DNA from: Vicugna vicugna
Lineage: Eukaryota
NCBI GenBank assembly: GCA_013265495.1
Contig: MU057801.1
Coordinates: 1 to 64,000, forward strand
Reading direction: 5' to 3'
DNA length: 64,000 bases
Shown here: positions 60,780-64,000 of the stretch, piece after piece
Numbering within the stretch: the first letter of the stretch is position 1
How the letters are laid out: every line of letters starts with the position of its first letter
Program-made: the position numbers and the translations under genes
The notes under the pieces: model-generated
What the model was told of the DNA's origin: nothing
The model's input: the letters and a program-made list of their open reading frames with translations, nothing else
Database searches by the model: none

Positions 60780-60990
60780 AGTAATTACTAACAATCATTA
60801 GAATAGCTGACCCGTATTAAGGACGTACTGTACCTCAGGCATCGTGCTAAGAAGTGCTTTTCCGTAATTTCACTGAATTCCCCTTTTACAGATGAAGAAA
60901 CTAAGGCCGAAGGAGACCGAGTAGCCACTCAAAGCCTCCCACTTAGTGACCCTGGGGGTGGACTCCTCCCTGTTTTAATAGTCCCAGAGC
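60780..60990. mobile_element. MIR SINE
   Basis: gtactgtacctcaggcatcgtgctaagaagtgcttt...ccttttacagatgaagaaactaaggcc. Confidence 0.7.
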
Positions 60991-61469
60991 CATAGCAAGA
61001 GAGGTTGCTGACTGCTGGGGCTTCTATCTCAAATCAGAGCTGACTGACAGTGAGCATGTGACAATGTTCATGTGCTGAAATCCGGAGGCGGAGTTAAGTT
61101 CCATTTCCTCCCTTAGCAGCTGTTGGATCTTGGAGCAAAGGTGAGCGCGTGGCCCTGAGACCTGCTTTGCTCCCTTCCAGCCCGGGGGCTGCACGAGCCC
61201 GGCTCCGGGAGTCACTGTGCGAAAGCGCTTTGAGGGCTGGACCCGAGCAAGCTGCTGCTCCGGAGCCTGGCGACCCTCTCCTGCCTGGAAGAAGCCTGGG
61301 GCGGAGAAGGAAGCGTCTGAGACTTTTCCTGCCCCCACTTATCAAAGGGGTTGTATCTCCCTTGGGTCGAACGTGAAATGATTTTGGATGGACCAAAGAT
61401 AAATCTTTTCTGAGGTTAGGGATTAATTTAATTTCTTTTTTTGGTGAAAGGTGCTGTTTTATTTTTACT

Positions 61470-61920
61470 CTCTATTAGGAATTTCTGAATGTACACAAAG
61501 TGTAGAGATTGCTATAATGAACACCAGTGTCAACATCACCCAGCTTGGATATTTATTAACGCCTTGCATATTGCATTTAATCTATCTCTTTTTTTGTGTT
61601 GTTTTGCTAGAATGTTCGAAAGGAAACTAGAGATATACTTTGACCCATAACTACTTCACTGTGGCTTCAGGATGTATGCCAGTAGACGAGGACTTTTGAA
61701 AAACACACACAATTACAGACCCAGCAAAATTAACTGATTAATACCATGTGATTCCCATTTCAAGGTCAATTTTCTCCAACTGTCAAAAATGTCTCTTTAT
61801 ACCTTGTTTAAATCAGGCTCCAAACCAAGTTCGCACGTTGCATTTAACCTGATGTGTCTCTTAAGACACTTGGAATCCACAGAACCACATCCCTGCTTAT
61901 GATTTATTTGTTCTTTTAAC
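61470..61920 (-). mobile_element. Old LINE-1 3' fragment (L1MC/ME-like)
   Basis: tacacaaagtgtagagattgctataatgaacacc...catcacccagctt...aattttctccaactgtcaaaaatgtctcttt...cacgttgcatttaa. Confidence 0.6.
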
Positions 61921-64000
61921 TAACCAATACTTAGGGATTTATTTTAAGATTATTTAAAATCGTGGAAGTAGCACACCAAATTGTGATATCACCATGATTA
62001 TTATTTAGGATAAGTTTAGGTATATTTGGTTTCAAGTGAATGAATTTTAAAAAGTAAATAAAAAAGAGTGCAATATTCCATTGCATATGGCAAAAATTAA
62101 TGCAGGCAGACGTAGATTTACGAGGTACAGAGTAACACTCCGGTGTCACCAAGGCCCTTGCCTCGCCCCAGCCCTTCCGGGGGCCTGGGGGCATTTTGCA
62201 TTAGTAACTTTGTATTCTTCCCCATAAAGGTCCTCCCAAAATAGGATGAGCCTCAGGCAGCCTGAAGCCTGCATCTTCCCTGCCTGACTTGGACTTGGTA
62301 ACAATTACAGAGCCTCTTAGAACCTCAGGAAGAGAGATTCTTGCAAGTTCTGGCTGTCAGGGACACAGCAGGAGCCAAGAAGAAGAAAAATGGTCTTTAA
62401 GAGTTTTTAAAAAACGAACTCAAGACATTTGTTACAAAACCTCAAGTCCCTGGGTCCGTTTAAAGGCCGCACTCTTACACCGCCAGGGCCCCCGGGCTGG
62501 GCTGCCTGCCGGGCTCCGACGGGTCTCGGTGGGAGACCTGCTCTCGGTGACACTGGGAGGACGTACCCCCCGGGGCAGGCCACGCCACTGGCTGGCTGGT
62601 CCGGGGGTGAAAGGCAGGCCGTGTCTCCAGTGGGACAAGCGTGGTTCCATTCACACTGCAGAGCCGCCCGGGGGTCCGGCCGAGGCTGGCCAGCACTGTG
62701 AACGCAGGCGCTCTGGGCTCTGTGTCCCTCCCCGTTCTGTTTCCCTCCCTCCCTCCCTACGATGCTCCCAATGAGCCATGTGCATCTGAAGCCCCAGCTT
62801 GGGCTCTGCTTCTGGGGGTCTGATCCAGGACTAAGCCCTTCCCAGCAGCCCCCTAAATGCCTGGACAGCCTGTGCCTGACCTTCCCTGGCAATTGAGGGC
62901 GGTCCCTCCTGTTTGTAGGCATTGTTTGATGGGTCTTTCTTAGGCTCAGCCCCACAGGTTGCACCTATTTGTAAGAAGACAGCCCTCCTGCCCCATCCTA
63001 CCCACATCCCTGTCTCCTCCGAGAAAGCCTTCCCAGGCCATCAGCTGATCCTCTCGTGGCCAGGAGTCTGCTCTCACTTGGTTTCTGCCCTCACCTCAGT
63101 CCAGCGTGGCAGACTGGGCACCCCCATCGGTGCCCACCAAACCCAGCCCTACGCTGTCACTGGGAGCTGAGGACTCACAGAGCAGGACTTGCCCCGGTGC
63201 GGAAACTGTTTCCCGGGAGCCCAGCACACATCAGTGACTCAGGCAACTCCATCCTCTTGCGCTGAGACCCGTTCAATCCAGGGTCGCTTTCCCGTGTGCT
63301 CCCTGGAGGCTGCACCTCCCCCGCAGTACCCTTTGTACCTGCTCACGGGCTTCACGTTTAATTCTACCAGATTGCATTTCATGAGCCTGCTGCCTCAGTC
63401 GGTTGAGCTGCGTCTTGTGTCCCCGCTGTGTCATTTGGCCCCATTGTCCCAAAGCGTGTTGCAGACACCGCTGGAGGTTGCCCGGAAGGTTTCTAGGTGA
63501 TGCTCAGATGAGCAGTTTTGATAGTTTTATTACACTGTCTATTTTAATTCTTATGAACTAAATTTCTAGTAGAAAGCTATAATTAGCACATCAGATACAC
63601 AGCTTCTTTTTTCATAAATTTTAGTCTAAAATGGGTTAATTTAAAGCAAATCTGTAAATCCGTGTGGCGCACGGTGCTGGGAATGATGAAAGCAGTTTAT
63701 GAATGACTGATGTTTAGGAAACACCAGGTGGAAGGTTTACCATTTCTCTCTGCTTTAAACCAGTTTTCAGCTTAACCTTAATGCAATCCTTAGTCTAGTT
63801 TAACTTTTTTTTCAGGCTTTATTTTATTAGTTTAGCTTTTTAATAAACATCCTGACCAGAATAGGCGTGGAAAGACACATGGGTCTGCTCTAACCTGATA
63901 GCAGTTGATCAGCCAGGGCTGTGTGTGTGGACGTTTAACCACTGTTTTGTCATCCTCTTCCGCACGGTTTTCCACCTTGCTCAAAAAGTGTCATGATTTG

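Noticed and set aside
7290..64000. Naming the host gene
   Set aside because: No coding exon is recognisable, and many genes share this non-coding first exon and long intron layout, so any symbol would be a guess.

Overview
Mammalian genomic DNA, most likely a camelid: four tRNA-Ala-derived SINEs match my recollection of the camelid vic-1 type, and the LINE-1 ends look cetartiodactyl. It is not microbial, and almost all of the six-frame ORFs are noise. Layout: (i) 1-3040 is a LINE-1 patchwork including a frameshifted ORF1. (ii) ~3200-4600 is an intronless, strongly diverged and internally shortened retrocopy of cTAGE5/MIA2. It keeps a 209-codon open frame (TM segment, start of coiled coil 1, one PPP motif), which ends at a stop that appears to be a single GAA>TAA change. 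(iii) ~6540-8360 is a large CpG-island promoter with NRF1/GC boxes and + strand splice donors, best read as the non-coding first exon of an unidentified + strand gene. (iv) The remaining ~56 kb looks like that gene's long 5' intronic region: antisense L1s, three solo ERV LTRs (one packed with CCAAT and octamer motifs), MaLR, DNA-transposon, MIR and L2 fossils, GC-enriched patches, and one candidate 125-nt 5'UTR exon that opens with a uORF. I recognised no coding exon of the host gene. Repeat family names and protein similarities come from recall, not from a database search.
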